From positions 34,188-98,187 of the forward strand of contig JBJOKS010000025.1 in the NCBI GenBank assembly GCA_046045965.1: a stretch of 64,000 nt of DNA. Reading direction: 5' to 3'. The notes under the pieces were generated by a model, which worked only from the letters and a program-made list of their open reading frames with translations, had not been told where the DNA came from and searched no databases. The translations under genes were made by a program, and so were the position numbers. Below are positions 1-11,111 of the stretch, in pieces; positions within the stretch are counted from its first letter, which is position 1; each line of letters begins with the position of its first letter. The DNA is from Cyanobacteriota bacterium (GTDB lineage Bacteria > Cyanobacteriota > Cyanobacteriia > Cyanobacteriales > Nostocaceae).

Positions 1-874
1 GGATGTTGTGAAGCGGGTACTGGGTAAAGACCCTAACCAGAGCGTTAACCCTGATGAAGTTGTAGCTGTGGGTGCAGCAATTCAAGCGGGTGTATTAGCT
101 GGTGACGTTACAGGTATCTTGTTGTTAGACGTATCACCTCTATCCTTGGGTGTAGAAACCTTGGGTGGTGTAATGACTAAGATTATTCCTCGTAACACCA
201 CAATTCCTACCAAAAAATCAGAAGTCTTCTCGACTGCTGTTGATGGTCAAACCAATGTAGAAATTCATGTTCTCCAAGGGGAACGGGAATTTGCTAACGA
301 TAATAAGAGTTTGGGAACCTTCCGTTTAGATGGTATTCCTCCTGCACCTCGTGGCGTTCCTCAAATTGAAGTGACTTTTGATATTGACGCTAACGGTATC
401 CTCAACGTTACCGCTAAGGACAAAGGTACTGGTAAAGAACAATCTATCAGCATTACTGGCGCTTCTACCTTGGATAAATCCGATGTTGACCGGATGGTAA
501 GAGAAGCTGAACAAAACGCCAATACTGATAAAGAAAAGCGGGAAAAAATTGAACGCAAAAACCAAGCTGACTCTTTAGCATACCAAGCTGAAAAGCAACT
601 GCAAGAATTAGGCGATAAAGTTCCCGAAGCTGACAAAACCAAAGTTGAAGGTTTGGTAAAAGAGCTGCGGGAAGCGGTTGCAAAAGATGATGATGAGCAA
701 ATCAAGAAACTGACACCAGAATTGCAACAAGCATTGTTTGCAGTAGGTAGCAATATCTATCAACAAGCTGGTGGTGCTGCTCCTGGTGCTGAACCTCAAG
801 ATGGTGGTGCTACTCCTCCTCCCTCTGGTGGTGGTGATGATGTAATTGATGCTGATTTTACTGAGAGTAAATAA
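1..874 (+). CDS. dnaK: Molecular chaperone DnaK (Hsp70), C-terminal part; gene starts upstream of the window
   Basis: [54 protein letters not shown] and C-terminal DVIDADF are Hsp70 signatures. Confidence 0.98.
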   Translation, partial: DVVKRVLGKDPNQSVNPDEVVAVGAAIQAGVLAGDVTGILLLDVSPLSLGVETLGGVMTKIIPRNTTIPTKKSEVFSTAVDGQTNVEIHVLQGEREFANDNKSLGTFRLDGIPPAPRGVPQIEVTFDIDANGILNVTAKDKGTGKEQSISITGASTLDKSDVDRMVREAEQNANTDKEKREKIERKNQADSLAYQAEKQLQELGDKVPEADKTKVEGLVKELREAVAKDDDEQIKKLTPELQQALFAVGSNIYQQAGGAAPGAEPQDGGATPPPSGGGDDVIDADFTESK

Positions 875-965
875 GGAGTCAGGAGTCAGGAGTTAGGAGT
901 CGGGAGAAAGAAGAATAAAGAACTAATATAATTTTTCTCCCCCTGCTTCCCCTGCTCCCCCTGCT
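875..965. repeat. STRR-type repeats (GAGTCAG)n and (CCCCTGCT)n between convergent dnaK and dusB
   Basis: ggagtcaggagtcaggagttaggagtcggg at 875-904; ccccctgcttcccctgctccccctgct at ~939-965. Confidence 0.8.
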
Positions 966-2021
966 TCAAACTATTGCTAGGTTTGCGGGTTCATCTTCTT
1001 CTATTTCATAACCGGAAGATAATTTTTCAATAGCTTTATCAATCAAATCTAAACCTTGTTGTACAGTTTCTACTAAACTTAATTGTCCGCGCAATTCTGC
1101 TGCACCCATGAAACCTTTAGCATACCAGGTCATGTGTTTACGGGCTTGACGGACACCGCGATCGCCTTTATATTCCCATAAAGCATAAAGATGTTCTCTG
1201 GCACATTCCAGCCGTTGAATAGGAGTGGGATAGGGTAATAATTCCCCAGTTTTTAAGAAATGGTCAACTTCACCTACTAAAAACGGATAACCCAAAGTTC
1301 CGCGAGAACACATCACCCCATCTGCACCGGTTTCTTCTAAACATCTCACCGCAGCTTCAACTGAGAAAATATCCCCATTACCTATTACGGGTATAGAAAG
1401 AACTTCTTTTACTCTTGCAATCCATTCCCAACGAGCGTTACCATTGTAACCTTGAGCGCGGGTACGTCCATGCACGGTGATCATTTTTGCCCCTGCATCT
1501 TCCATGCGTTTGGCAAAGTCCAGAATGGTAATTTCTTGATCATTCCAACCAATGCGGGTTTTGACTGTAACGGGGACATCAACAGCTTTTACCACTTCGC
1601 GCACAATAGCTTCTGCTATTTCCGGTTGTCTTAATAAGGAAGAACCACCACCATTTTTAGTGATTTTATTCACCGGACAACCCATATTAATATCAACAGT
1701 ATCTGCACCTTCAGCAACTGCTTTCATTGCTGCTTCTGCCAAAAAATCGGGACGACAATCAAATAACTGAATACTAATAGGACGTTCGTTAGGGTCTACT
1801 TCCATAATTATGGGTAATTGCTTAACATAATGCAAACCCGTCGCATTTACCATTTCTGTATACATCATTGAATCTGGTGCATAACGACGCACTAAGCGCC
1901 GAAATACCAAATCTGTCACCCCCGATAAAGGAGATTGCAATACTCGGCTTTTGACTTCAAATGAGCCAATTTTTAGGGGTTGAGAAAGTCTAGCTTGGAG
2001 AGTGGGGGACAGGGAAAGCAT
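966..2021 (-). CDS. dusB: tRNA-dihydrouridine synthase DusB
   Basis: SPLSGVTD, DINMGCPV..GGGSSLL, TVKTRIGW, TVHGRT, IPVIGNGDI motifs of Dus flavoproteins. Confidence 0.95.
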   Translation of the reverse strand: MLSLSPTLQARLSQPLKIGSFEVKSRVLQSPLSGVTDLVFRRLVRRYAPDSMMYTEMVNATGLHYVKQLPIIMEVDPNERPISIQLFDCRPDFLAEAAMKAVAEGADTVDINMGCPVNKITKNGGGSSLLRQPEIAEAIVREVVKAVDVPVTVKTRIGWNDQEITILDFAKRMEDAGAKMITVHGRTRAQGYNGNARWEWIARVKEVLSIPVIGNGDIFSVEAAVRCLEETGADGVMCSRGTLGYPFLVGEVDHFLKTGELLPYPTPIQRLECAREHLYALWEYKGDRGVRQARKHMTWYAKGFMGAAELRGQLSLVETVQQGLDLIDKAIEKLSSGYEIEEDEPANLAIV

Positions 2022-2052
2022 ATAAATAATTCAATAAATTCAATCAAGTAAA

Positions 2053-5000
2053 TTACTTACATTCTAGCTGTAAGGCTGCTTCTACTTGTTTGTATTCTGT
2101 CATGGCTTGGGATAATAATGATTTTGCATCTGTTAGATTATCATCACGTCCCAAATCTTCTAATTTTTTACAAATTTGCGATAAAGTCTTTGCACCAACA
2201 ATAGCACTACTAGATTTGAGAGCATGAGCTTCTAAATATACTCTCCCAGCATTTTCTTGACTAATGGCATCCTGAATTGATTGAAAACGTTGGGGTGTAT
2301 CTTCCAGATAACATTGGATAATGTCTATAAATTGATCTCTTTCATTACTGCAAATAATCTCTTTCAGTTCTACTAAAGTAGCAGTATCCAGTATATTATT
2401 AGGCATAATTTCAAAAATTTCAGTTTTACTCACATCCTGTTTTTGACAATTACTTAAAGCGTTAGTTAACTCCTCAATCCGAATGGGCTTTGTAGTGTAG
2501 TCATTCATACCCGCTTCCAGGCATTTTTCCCGATCTCCTTGCATAGCATTAGCTGTCATGGCAATAATCCAAGGACGGGAATATAATGGCCATTCTTTGC
2601 AAATTTGACGAGTTGCTGTCAAGCCATCCATTTCTGGCATTTGTAAGTCCATTAATATTACATCATAAGATTGCCTCCGCAAAGCCGTTAACACTTCTAA
2701 ACCATTGGCTGCCACATCAGCACGGTATCCCAGACGTTGTAAAATATTAATAGCAACTTTCTGATTGACTACATTATCTTCAGCCACAAGAATTTTTAAG
2801 GGAATTCTTGCAGCCATCTGGGAATCAAATTTTGAGGGTGTCAGATGTTCCACATTTTCTTTTTCTTTGGTGGTTTTCACCTGATGACTAAAAATGTTAA
2901 TTAAAATATTTACTAGATGGGATTTCTTAATAGGTTTAGTCAGAGAGGCTGCAAACTCTAAATTGAATTGCTGACAATTTTTATGGATCTGCGCGTTGCC
3001 CATTGATGTTAACATCACTAAAGGTAAGTGCTGGCAATTAGGCAGTTTGTTAATTTCATTTGCTAGAGTACAGCCATCCATTTCTGGCATTTGCATATCT
3101 AGAATAGCAATATCAAATTTTTGTTTCTGAAGATATTTGAGTGCTTCTTGACCAGATTCAGCTAGTACAGTTACCATACCAATAGACTGACATTGTAGCA
3201 TCAAGGCTTGGCGATTGATAATATTATCATCAACTATGAGCAAACGTTTATTAGCAATTAACTGCTGGTTTTTATAATTATCTCTATTCTCTGTATCATT
3301 ATCATTAACAAATGTAGTGACAATGGTAAATATAAAGTTAGAGCCTTTACCAAATGTACTTTCAACCCACATTTTACCACCCATGAGTTCAGTCAGTCGC
3401 TTGCTAATTACTAATCCTAATCCTGTACCACCATAATGACGAGTTGTGGAAGAGTCAACTTGACTAAATGGCTTAAAAAGTCTGTGCATTTTATCTTGAG
3501 GAATACCTATTCCTGTGTCTTGGACAGTAAATTTAATTTCATATAACTGATGATTTACTTGAGGAATAATTCCCGAACTTGACTGATTTTTTACTCTGCT
3601 TGTGACAAAAACACTAACTTCACCAGAATTCGTGAATTTAATAGCGTTACTCAGTAAATTGACTAAAATTTGCCGTAATCTAGTGACATCCCCATTAATC
3701 AATTCGGATATTTTTGTATCCATTATATAAGCTATTTCTAAACCTTTTTCACTGGCTTTGGGAGCCACTAAATCCAGAGATTCTTCAATGCAATTCCTCA
3801 AGTTAAAAACTTGTTCCTCTATTTCTAACTTACCAGATTCAATTTTAGAGAAGTCAAGGATATCATTAATCAAAGTGAGCATAGAATCTCCACTATTGCG
3901 GATAATTTCTACAAACTCTTGCTGTTGTGGTGTCAGTGGAGTATCTAGTAACAAGCCAGTCATGCCAATTACTGCATTCATTGGGGTGCGAATTTCGTGA
4001 CTCATGGTGGCGAGAAATTCGCTTTTAGTCCGGTTGGCAATTTCGGCTTCTTCTTTAGCTAATTTGAGTTGTTCTTCTGCTAGTTTTTTATCAGTAATAT
4101 CTGTAATTATGCCTACAAGACGATAAGCTTGCCCTTGTTCATCACGAATACATTTTCCTTTGGCAGCTATCCAAATATAATTACCATTATGATGTTTAAT
4201 TCGATGGGTATTTTGATAAATATCCGTTTTGCCTTCTAGATGCTCATAAATATCACTGAGTGCTGACTGAAGTTCATCTGGATGTACATTATCTGCCCAG
4301 GTAGAGTAAGTATGAGGTAATGGTTCTTGCTCATATCCTAAAATTCTCATCCAAGCTGGTGAAAAATAAATTTCGTTGGTGATTAAGTTCCAATCCCAAA
4401 TACCATCATTTGTACCGGAAATCGCTAACTCATAACGTTCTTCCCGTTCACGCAAGGTTTTTTCAACTTTTTTTCGTCGCACAACCTCAGATGCTAATTC
4501 ATCATTAATTTTCGATAGTTCTTGAGTGCGTGTTTCTACCCGTTCTTCAAGTTGATTGTTGGCATTTCTAATTTCTTGAAACATCTGGTTAAGAGCCAAG
4601 ATCATAGATTTAAAATTACGACTGAGGGAGTCTATTTCTGCAATTGTACTATTATTAATAATAATATCTTCTTGTGCTAGAATTTTTTGGGGTAAATCAG
4701 TAGTAACTTGAGTTAATCTTAATAGAGGCTGTACTAATTTTCTACTCAGGATAACAGCAGCTACCAAAGCCATTATCGCAGTGACTAACATGATTGATAA
4801 ATTTTTGATGTAAATAGTACGAATATAATCTATTTTCGGTTTTGTTGGGATTTGGATAATTAATTTAAAGGGTAAATTTTTATCTAATGTAATGCTATGA
4901 GAATAAACAGATGTATCCCACCTCCTAATTAGTGGTATATCAGGTGAGTTTGATAACAAATGAACAACGTTATCACTGAGTTTGGTAATTTTTTTGTTTT

Positions 5001-6195
5001 GGTAACTGTCAAAAGGTTTTAGTATATTTTCTTCTGTTCCTAGATTAGAGGCTACTATCCGATTTCTATTATCTACAATGGTGATAGTAAAATCTTGACT
5101 AAGATTTGTTTGTGTGATTAATGTACTTAATTGATTTAAGTTGATTTCTCCAAATACTGCCCCCATAAATTGCTGGTCTTTAATAATTGGTAAACCTAAT
5201 GTAAAACTTTTATCTATACTATCTTCTTTAAGGGAAAAGGATATATTATTTTTATTGTCTACAGATTGATTTATTTTCAGTTCTTGAAAATCATGTCTTT
5301 GAGCAACATTTAAATATTTATCCGCATTGATAGGTGATTCGATAATCATCTTACCCAAGCTATTAACTAGATAAATTTTACTGAATTCGGGAAATATTTG
5401 TTGAGTATTTTCTAGAATCTGCTTAATGTTACTATTGTCTGATAGTAAAGGTGAATTGTTACTAATGTTTTTTAAGATTGCCAGATGATTTTCTTGCCAT
5501 AATTCAATATTATTGTTTAAGGCAAATGATAAAGAAGTTAAATCTTTTACGACCTCTGTTTCAATTGTTTGAGCAGAACGAATTGCGTTGTTAATATTGA
5601 TAAATAATACTGGGAAAAATACAAATGCGACTAATAAACTAAACAGGGATTGCTGCCAAGAAAGTGTATGTTTATGTTTTTTGTGATCTAACCATTTCTC
5701 TATAGGTAAGTAATTAATAATTAAGCTGCAAACTAGAGCATTAAAAAAGCCATTAACAGCTTGTTTGACGACAATTAAAAATGTACCAATCATACTAACT
5801 TTCAATGCCACACCATAAAATATAACCACCAGGGGCATACCTAATATAACCCAGTAAATACCATCTAATAAAAGTAGATTCTGACTTTTTCTGCGTAGTA
5901 GTAATCCTACAAATACTGCTTCACAAGTAAAAATTACCATTGCATAGGGATGTGTCCACAGTAGGTAGGTATAACTGCTACTAATGATGGCTGCAATAGT
6001 ACCCCAGAAAAATCCATAAATAGCTACAATAATCAAAACAGCTATACTGCCAAATAGAAAGTCTACTCCAAAAAATAGTGTGACTTTAAAATAGTTGCCG
6101 AGATAACCAAGAATAATTAACAAGACAAGCAGTAAAATTTGTTTTTGCTGGAGATATACTCCTGATATTTGTGATAATTTTTTTAGTATCTGCAT
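2053..6195 (-). CDS. Multi-sensor hybrid histidine kinase (N-terminal multi-TM, Cache-like periplasmic region, HAMP, PAS, HisKA, HATPase, 2x REC, Hpt)
   Basis: FLATMSHEIRTPMN H-box, NLLSNAIKFT, DTGIGI, GGTGLGL, two receiver domains (LLIVDDN; ILVAEDN..MDLQMPEMDG), Hpt AHALKSSS. Confidence 0.93.
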   Translation of the reverse strand: MQILKKLSQISGVYLQQKQILLLVLLIILGYLGNYFKVTLFFGVDFLFGSIAVLIIVAIYGFFWGTIAAIISSSYTYLLWTHPYAMVIFTCEAVFVGLLLRRKSQNLLLLDGIYWVILGMPLVVIFYGVALKVSMIGTFLIVVKQAVNGFFNALVCSLIINYLPIEKWLDHKKHKHTLSWQQSLFSLLVAFVFFPVLFININNAIRSAQTIETEVVKDLTSLSFALNNNIELWQENHLAILKNISNNSPLLSDNSNIKQILENTQQIFPEFSKIYLVNSLGKMIIESPINADKYLNVAQRHDFQELKINQSVDNKNNISFSLKEDSIDKSFTLGLPIIKDQQFMGAVFGEINLNQLSTLITQTNLSQDFTITIVDNRNRIVASNLGTEENILKPFDSYQNKKITKLSDNVVHLLSNSPDIPLIRRWDTSVYSHSITLDKNLPFKLIIQIPTKPKIDYIRTIYIKNLSIMLVTAIMALVAAVILSRKLVQPLLRLTQVTTDLPQKILAQEDIIINNSTIAEIDSLSRNFKSMILALNQMFQEIRNANNQLEERVETRTQELSKINDELASEVVRRKKVEKTLREREERYELAISGTNDGIWDWNLITNEIYFSPAWMRILGYEQEPLPHTYSTWADNVHPDELQSALSDIYEHLEGKTDIYQNTHRIKHHNGNYIWIAAKGKCIRDEQGQAYRLVGIITDITDKKLAEEQLKLAKEEAEIANRTKSEFLATMSHEIRTPMNAVIGMTGLLLDTPLTPQQQEFVEIIRNSGDSMLTLINDILDFSKIESGKLEIEEQVFNLRNCIEESLDLVAPKASEKGLEIAYIMDTKISELINGDVTRLRQILVNLLSNAIKFTNSGEVSVFVTSRVKNQSSSGIIPQVNHQLYEIKFTVQDTGIGIPQDKMHRLFKPFSQVDSSTTRHYGGTGLGLVISKRLTELMGGKMWVESTFGKGSNFIFTIVTTFVNDNDTENRDNYKNQQLIANKRLLIVDDNIINRQALMLQCQSIGMVTVLAESGQEALKYLQKQKFDIAILDMQMPEMDGCTLANEINKLPNCQHLPLVMLTSMGNAQIHKNCQQFNLEFAASLTKPIKKSHLVNILINIFSHQVKTTKEKENVEHLTPSKFDSQMAARIPLKILVAEDNVVNQKVAINILQRLGYRADVAANGLEVLTALRRQSYDVILMDLQMPEMDGLTATRQICKEWPLYSRPWIIAMTANAMQGDREKCLEAGMNDYTTKPIRIEELTNALSNCQKQDVSKTEIFEIMPNNILDTATLVELKEIICSNERDQFIDIIQCYLEDTPQRFQSIQDAISQENAGRVYLEAHALKSSSAIVGAKTLSQICKKLEDLGRDDNLTDAKSLLSQAMTEYKQVEAALQLECK

Positions 6196-6507
6196 ATTAT
6201 TACTTCAGTCTTGTTAGAAGGATTTTGAATTTAGGATTTTTTAGATGAAATTTGCATCTGCAAATTAGTCTGGATAGTTTACTTTACTACAACAAAATCT
6301 AGTCATTCATGGTCAACTAACTACTTTTGTCCCAAGTACCCAAGTAACTGCACTGTTGACGCGGAGACAAACCTGTAAATTGCTGGACTTATCTTGCATA
6401 GATAACAACAGACTTGTACAGCGATTCATCCAAAAAATTATTTTTATATAGAAAAATATACCAAATTTAGTAATTCTGACTAATCAAAATTATAGTTAAG
6501 ATTTGTA

Positions 6508-7200
6508 TTATTCGATCACCGTAGATCCGAAACGATATCCTTTACCGTAAACAGTATGAATTAGGGTAGATTCATTACCTATCTCAATCTTACGACGTAA
6601 CAGGCGAATTAAGGCAGCGATGACATTGCTTCCAGGCTGTTCGCCATCTGGCCACAAATGTTGCATAATTTGGCTGTGTGTCAGTAATTGTCCAGCATTT
6701 TCCATAAAATATTTGAGGAGCTGGCTTTCTTTTTGCGATAGCTCAATCATTCTCTCTTGACGATAAGCTATTTGATTTTCTACATCCAGTTCTAAGTCAG
6801 CTACCACCAATCGTCCTGTTGTGGTACTGTAGGACTCGACACCAGAACGACGTAACAAAGCACGGACTCTGGCTAGTAACTCCCGCAGTTCAAAGGGTTT
6901 GACTAAATAATCATCTGCACCTGCATCTAAACCTTGCACACGGTCATCTAAAGTATCTTTAGCAGTGAGAAAAAGTACAGGGGTAGTTTTACCTTGAGTA
7001 CGTAATTCTTGACAAATTTGCAAGCCTGTTTTTCCTGGCAACATCCAATCTAAAATGAGTAAGTCATAGATTCCTGCTTGTGCAAGTTGGCTGCCGTTTG
7101 TTCCATGATATGCAGTATCTACAATATAACCCTCACGAGTTAACACGCGACTCAAGGGATCAGTGAGTTCAATTTCATCATCAACTAATAGAATTCTCAT
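6508..7200 (-). CDS. OmpR-family response regulator (RppA-like); likely start ATG at 7200
   Basis: [30 protein letters not shown], winged-helix [10 protein letters not shown]. Confidence 0.9.
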   Translation of the reverse strand: MRILLVDDEIELTDPLSRVLTREGYIVDTAYHGTNGSQLAQAGIYDLLILDWMLPGKTGLQICQELRTQGKTTPVLFLTAKDTLDDRVQGLDAGADDYLVKPFELRELLARVRALLRRSGVESYSTTTGRLVVADLELDVENQIAYRQERMIELSQKESQLLKYFMENAGQLLTHSQIMQHLWPDGEQPGSNVIAALIRLLRRKIEIGNESTLIHTVYGKGYRFGSTVIE

Positions 7201-7251
7201 GCTGCTTGTGGTGAGATAATAAACCGCAAAGAACAAGACACAAAAAAAATA

Positions 7252-7884
7252 ATGCTGACTGTTGCACTACCAAAAGGGGAATTACTTAAAAATAGCATCC
7301 GCTTACTGCAATCTGCGGGATTAGATTTTAGTGGTTTTTTAGATTCTGGAAACCGCCAATTACAAATTCCTGATGCTAGTGGACAAGCGAAAGCTCTGTT
7401 AGTGAGAGCGCAGGATGTACCTGTTTATGTAGAATATGGTCAGGCACAATTGGGTATTGTCGGTTACGATGTGCTACAAGAAAAAAAGCCGCAGGTTGCA
7501 CAATTAGTTGATTTGCAATTTGGTTATTGTCGGATGTCTGTGGCGGTAAAAGCTTCTAGTTCCTATAAATCACCTTTAGATTTACCTGCTCACGGTCGAG
7601 TTGCTTCTAAATATGTCAATTGTGCGCGGGAATATTTCCAAAGCCTGGATTTACCTGTAGAAATAGTTCCTTTATATGGTTCGGTAGAACTAGGACCAAT
7701 TACGGGTATGTCTGAAGCGATTGTTGATATAGTTTCTACAGGTAAGACTTTACGGGAAAATGGTTTGGTAGAAATTGCTACTTTATATGAAAGTACGGCG
7801 AGGTTAATTGTCCATCCTTTGAGCTATCGTCTGAATATGGGTGATTTACATAAATTGGTGGAACACCTAAGAGCAGGAGTTTAA
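7252..7884 (+). CDS. hisG: ATP phosphoribosyltransferase, short form (HisZ-dependent)
   Basis: [46 protein letters not shown]; 210 aa with no C-terminal regulatory domain. Confidence 0.96.
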   Translation: MLTVALPKGELLKNSIRLLQSAGLDFSGFLDSGNRQLQIPDASGQAKALLVRAQDVPVYVEYGQAQLGIVGYDVLQEKKPQVAQLVDLQFGYCRMSVAVKASSSYKSPLDLPAHGRVASKYVNCAREYFQSLDLPVEIVPLYGSVELGPITGMSEAIVDIVSTGKTLRENGLVEIATLYESTARLIVHPLSYRLNMGDLHKLVEHLRAGV

Positions 7885-7889
7885 CAGTT

Positions 7890-7931
7890 ATCAGTTAACA
7901 GTTATCAAGTTTTCTGGTGCTGTTAACTGAT
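7890..7931. terminator. Hairpin built from STRR-like units downstream of hisG
   Basis: atcagttaacag ... ctgttaactgat perfect 12-bp inverted repeat between convergent genes. Confidence 0.5.
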
Positions 7932-8017
7932 TTAATACAACAGGAAAATATTTAGTTGGATAAAAATTGATTTAAATTGATTTTGAAGCGCAAGAATAGC
8001 AAAACAGGACCAAGAAA

Positions 8018-8233
8018 TTAGCGATCGCTAGAAATATGATCTACTACCTGAATACGACCTCTAACAACCCTCCTCAAGAGTCTGTTGAGTGCTTCTTCTT
8101 CTTCCTCATTCAAGAACTCATCCAAAATAGCTGCCATGAGTCCGTAGCGATCTGCTAAGGTCAAAAATCCACTATCAGCAGAAGAGGCAATAATTTCCGA
8201 AACAGCACCAGGAAGAATTTGGATGTGAGACAT
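8018..8233 (-). CDS. Small hypothetical protein (71 aa)
   Basis: ATG start, LTLADRYGLMAAIL..EEE..LNRLL pattern resembling small cyanobacterial proteins; fills the gap between hisG and perR. Confidence 0.65.
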   Translation of the reverse strand: MSHIQILPGAVSEIIASSADSGFLTLADRYGLMAAILDEFLNEEEEEALNRLLRRVVRGRIQVVDHISSDR

Positions 8234-8363
8234 GGGGGGTTGTCCTTGAACTTCATAAACTTAATATCCCCCGAAATCTATATCCGTTGAGTGATTGACT
8301 TAATCTATTACCTGTGAGAATAATCAATTGTTTTCGTGATTAAGGCAGCAGTAAATTTGTGAC

Positions 8364-8831
8364 TTACATCACAGATTGGGGAGAAAAATTAATTCTGACT
8401 CCTGACTCCTGACTCCTGTCACAGCGATCGCACATTCCTTGAACTGTCACCTCGTAGGTTTCTCCACGCAAACCGGGACGGAGATTTTTCAGATTGATAA
8501 ACTTGAATGTATCCCAGGCAATATCTTCAATAGCACCACAGCACTGACAGCAGAAATGGTGATGGGGTTGAACATTGGCATCATAACGAGATACCCCCTC
8601 TTGTAATAGCACCTCCCGTACCAGTCCTGCTTCTCTGAGTGCTTGCAGAGAACTATAAATGGTGGCTTGGGACGAAACAGGACAATCTTTATTTAAATCG
8701 GTCAATATTTGCTCAACGGTCGGGTGATCTGTGCGAGATAACAAATTTGCATAGACCGCAAACCGCTGAGGTGTCACCCTCAAACCCTTGGATTTTAAGG
8801 TTTGAATAATCGCGTTTGCTTGTTCCTGCAT
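8364..8831 (-). CDS. perR: Fur-family regulator, PerR/FurC-like; likely start ATG at 8831
   Basis: GLRVTPQR, HPTVEQ, SQATIY, HHHFCCQCCG and GMCDRC Zn motifs; divergent from a type II peroxiredoxin. Confidence 0.85.
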   Translation of the reverse strand: MQEQANAIIQTLKSKGLRVTPQRFAVYANLLSRTDHPTVEQILTDLNKDCPVSSQATIYSSLQALREAGLVREVLLQEGVSRYDANVQPHHHFCCQCCGAIEDIAWDTFKFINLKNLRPGLRGETYEVTVQGMCDRCDRSQESGVRINFSPQSVM

Positions 8832-8950
8832 AGCTGTTGCTGTATTGATAGAGTTTTTACCCTTATTATAGTTTACCACATTAATGAATTAATAATATAT
8901 GATTTTTTTTATAAAAAATAAGTATTTATAACTATTGAATATTTTCTAAA

Positions 8951-8965
8951 TAAGAATTATTCTGA
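8951..8965. promoter_or_regulatory. Candidate Per box (7-1-7 inverted repeat) in the perR/prx divergent promoter
   Basis: TAAGAAT-T-ATTCTGA with the AGAAT/ATTCT palindrome, ~50 nt upstream of the peroxiredoxin ATG. Confidence 0.55.
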
Positions 8966-9013
8966 GATAGAAAGCAAACACAATTTCACACATCAAAACA
9001 TAAAGAGGTCAAT

Positions 9014-9544
9014 ATGGCTGTGATCGAAACCGTTCCTAACGTCGTTTTCAAAACCCGCGTCCGTGACGAGTCCGTAGGCGGACCAAACCCTTTCCGTTGG
9101 CAAGATCGCACCACTGAAGAACTGTTTGCTGGTAAGCGCGTAGTTGTGTTTTCATTACCGGGAGCGTTTACTCCTACCTGTTCCACCTCACATCTACCCC
9201 GCTATGAAGAATTGTATGCACAATTCAAAGCTTTAGGAGTTGATGCAGTAATTTGTATATCTGTAAATGATGCTTTTGTGATGTACCAATGGGGTAAACA
9301 ACAAGGCGCTGAAAATGTTTTCTTGTTACCCGATGGCAATGGCGAATTTACCCGTAAAATGGGAATGTTAGTAGATAAATCTAACCTGGGCTTTGGAATG
9401 CGGTCTTGGCGCTATTCTATGGTAGTTAATAACTGCAAAATTGAAAAAATCTTTACTGAGCCTGGTTTTGATGATAATTGTCCTACCGATCCTTTTGAAG
9501 TGTCAGATGCAGACACCATGCTCAATTACCTCAAAAGTGTGTAA
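9014..9544 (+). CDS. Type II (Prx5-like) glutathione/glutaredoxin-dependent peroxiredoxin
   Basis: [12 protein letters not shown] peroxidatic Cys motif, [20 protein letters not shown] agagg upstream. Confidence 0.95.
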   Translation: MAVIETVPNVVFKTRVRDESVGGPNPFRWQDRTTEELFAGKRVVVFSLPGAFTPTCSTSHLPRYEELYAQFKALGVDAVICISVNDAFVMYQWGKQQGAENVFLLPDGNGEFTRKMGMLVDKSNLGFGMRSWRYSMVVNNCKIEKIFTEPGFDDNCPTDPFEVSDADTMLNYLKSV

Positions 9545-9585
9545 TTGGTGATTGGTAATTGGTAATTGGTGATGGGTGATTGGGT
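9541..9585. repeat. STRR (GTAATTG/GTGATTG)n
   Basis: gtaattggtgattggtaattggtaattggtgatgggtgattggg. Confidence 0.85.
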
Positions 9586-9653
9586 TATTGATATTCTGAT
9601 CTCCATTACCATGCCAATCTATAATATAAATATTTCAGAATTGCAGATAACAC

Positions 9654-9700
9654 AAAATCTAAAATTCACAATCTAAAATCCAAAATCTAAAATCTAAAAT
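9654..9700. repeat. STRR (AAAATCT/C)n
   Basis: aaaatctaaaattcacaatctaaaatccaaaatctaaaatctaaaat immediately before the gor ATG. Confidence 0.8.
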
Positions 9701-9704
9701 TGAT

Positions 9705-11057
9705 ATGACCTACGATTTTGACTTATTTGTAATTGGTGCTGGTTCTGGTGGTATTGCTACAGCGAGAAGGGCAGCAGAATATGGTGCTAAGGTAGGAATT
9801 GCTGAGTTTGATAGACTGGGTGGAACTTGTGTAAATCGTGGTTGTGTTCCTAAAAAACTCATGGTTTACGCTTCTCATTTTCCTGAGTTATTTTCTGATG
9901 CGGAAGGATATGGGTGGAGTGCTGTTAAAAGTTCTCTAGATTGGGAAAAGATGATTACCGCAGTTAATAATGAGGTAAATCGTCTGAATGGAATTTATCA
10001 AAGAATGCTTGATAATTCCCAAGTAGAAGTTTTAGAAGGATATGGAAAATTTATTGATGCCCATACAATTGTAGTTGGAGAAAGGCAAATAACAGCAGAT
10101 AAAATATTAATAGCTGTTGGTGGTCATCCTACAAAACCTAACATTGTGGGCATTGAACACGCCATGACCTCTGATGATATTTTCCAGATGAAAACACAGC
10201 CAAAACGCATGGTAATTTTGGGTGGAGGTTACATTGGTACAGAATTTGCTTGCATTATGAATGGACTGGGAACAGAAGTTACCCAGATAACTCGTGGTGA
10301 TATGATTTTGCGTGGTTTTGATGATGATTTGCGAAATGAAATTCAACAAGGAATGAGCAACCACGGGGTGAAAATTTACAATAATACTCAAATAATTGGC
10401 ATTGAAAAAGACGCAGAAGGAATTAAAGTCAAAGTTCGCAAAGATGGCGATTCTGAAGATACAGTTGTTGTTGATGCTGTGAGTTTAGCTGCTCTTGGAC
10501 GCAAACCAAATACACAAAATCTGGGTTTAGAAAATACCAAAGTTAAGCTGAATAAGGGCGCAGTTGTTGTTGATAAATACAGCCGCACAGATGAAGAGAA
10601 TATCTATGCAGTGGGAGATTGTACGGACACGATAAATTTAACACCTGTGGCTATTAATGAAGGTCGAGCATTTGCTGATACTGTATTTGGTGGCAAGTCT
10701 CGCACCATGAGTTATGAAAATGTTCCCACAGCAATTTTTACCACACCCGAAGCAGCTACAGTGGGTTTAACAGAAGCAGAAGCGCGAGAAAAATATGGTG
10801 ATGCAGTGAAAATTTATCGCAGTCGCTTCCGTCCGATGTACTATACCTTACCGGGTAAAGAAGAAAAAACAATGATGAAACTGGTGGTTGATCAGAATAC
10901 CGATCAGGTACTGGGGGCGCATATGGTAGGAACAAGTGCAGCGGAAATTATTCAAGGAATTGCGATCGCGATTAAAATGGGTGCAACTAAAGCTAACTTT
11001 GATGCTACCGTCGGTATTCATCCTAGTTCGGCTGAAGAGTTCGTGACTATGCGATAA
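9705..11057 (+). CDS. gor: Glutathione-disulfide reductase
   Basis: IGAGSGG, GGTCVNRGCVPKK redox-active disulfide, GGGYIG, GIHPSSAEEFVTMR. Confidence 0.97.
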   Translation: MTYDFDLFVIGAGSGGIATARRAAEYGAKVGIAEFDRLGGTCVNRGCVPKKLMVYASHFPELFSDAEGYGWSAVKSSLDWEKMITAVNNEVNRLNGIYQRMLDNSQVEVLEGYGKFIDAHTIVVGERQITADKILIAVGGHPTKPNIVGIEHAMTSDDIFQMKTQPKRMVILGGGYIGTEFACIMNGLGTEVTQITRGDMILRGFDDDLRNEIQQGMSNHGVKIYNNTQIIGIEKDAEGIKVKVRKDGDSEDTVVVDAVSLAALGRKPNTQNLGLENTKVKLNKGAVVVDKYSRTDEENIYAVGDCTDTINLTPVAINEGRAFADTVFGGKSRTMSYENVPTAIFTTPEAATVGLTEAEAREKYGDAVKIYRSRFRPMYYTLPGKEEKTMMKLVVDQNTDQVLGAHMVGTSAAEIIQGIAIAIKMGATKANFDATVGIHPSSAEEFVTMR

Positions 11058-11111
11058 TGGTCAGTTATCAGTTAACTGGTAACTGATAACTGATCACTGG
11101 TAATTGATAAC

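Noticed and set aside
326..799. Short minus-strand ORFs inside dnaK, and other nested antisense ORFs in the track
   Set aside because: They are fully nested antisense to well-supported genes and have no recognisable motifs
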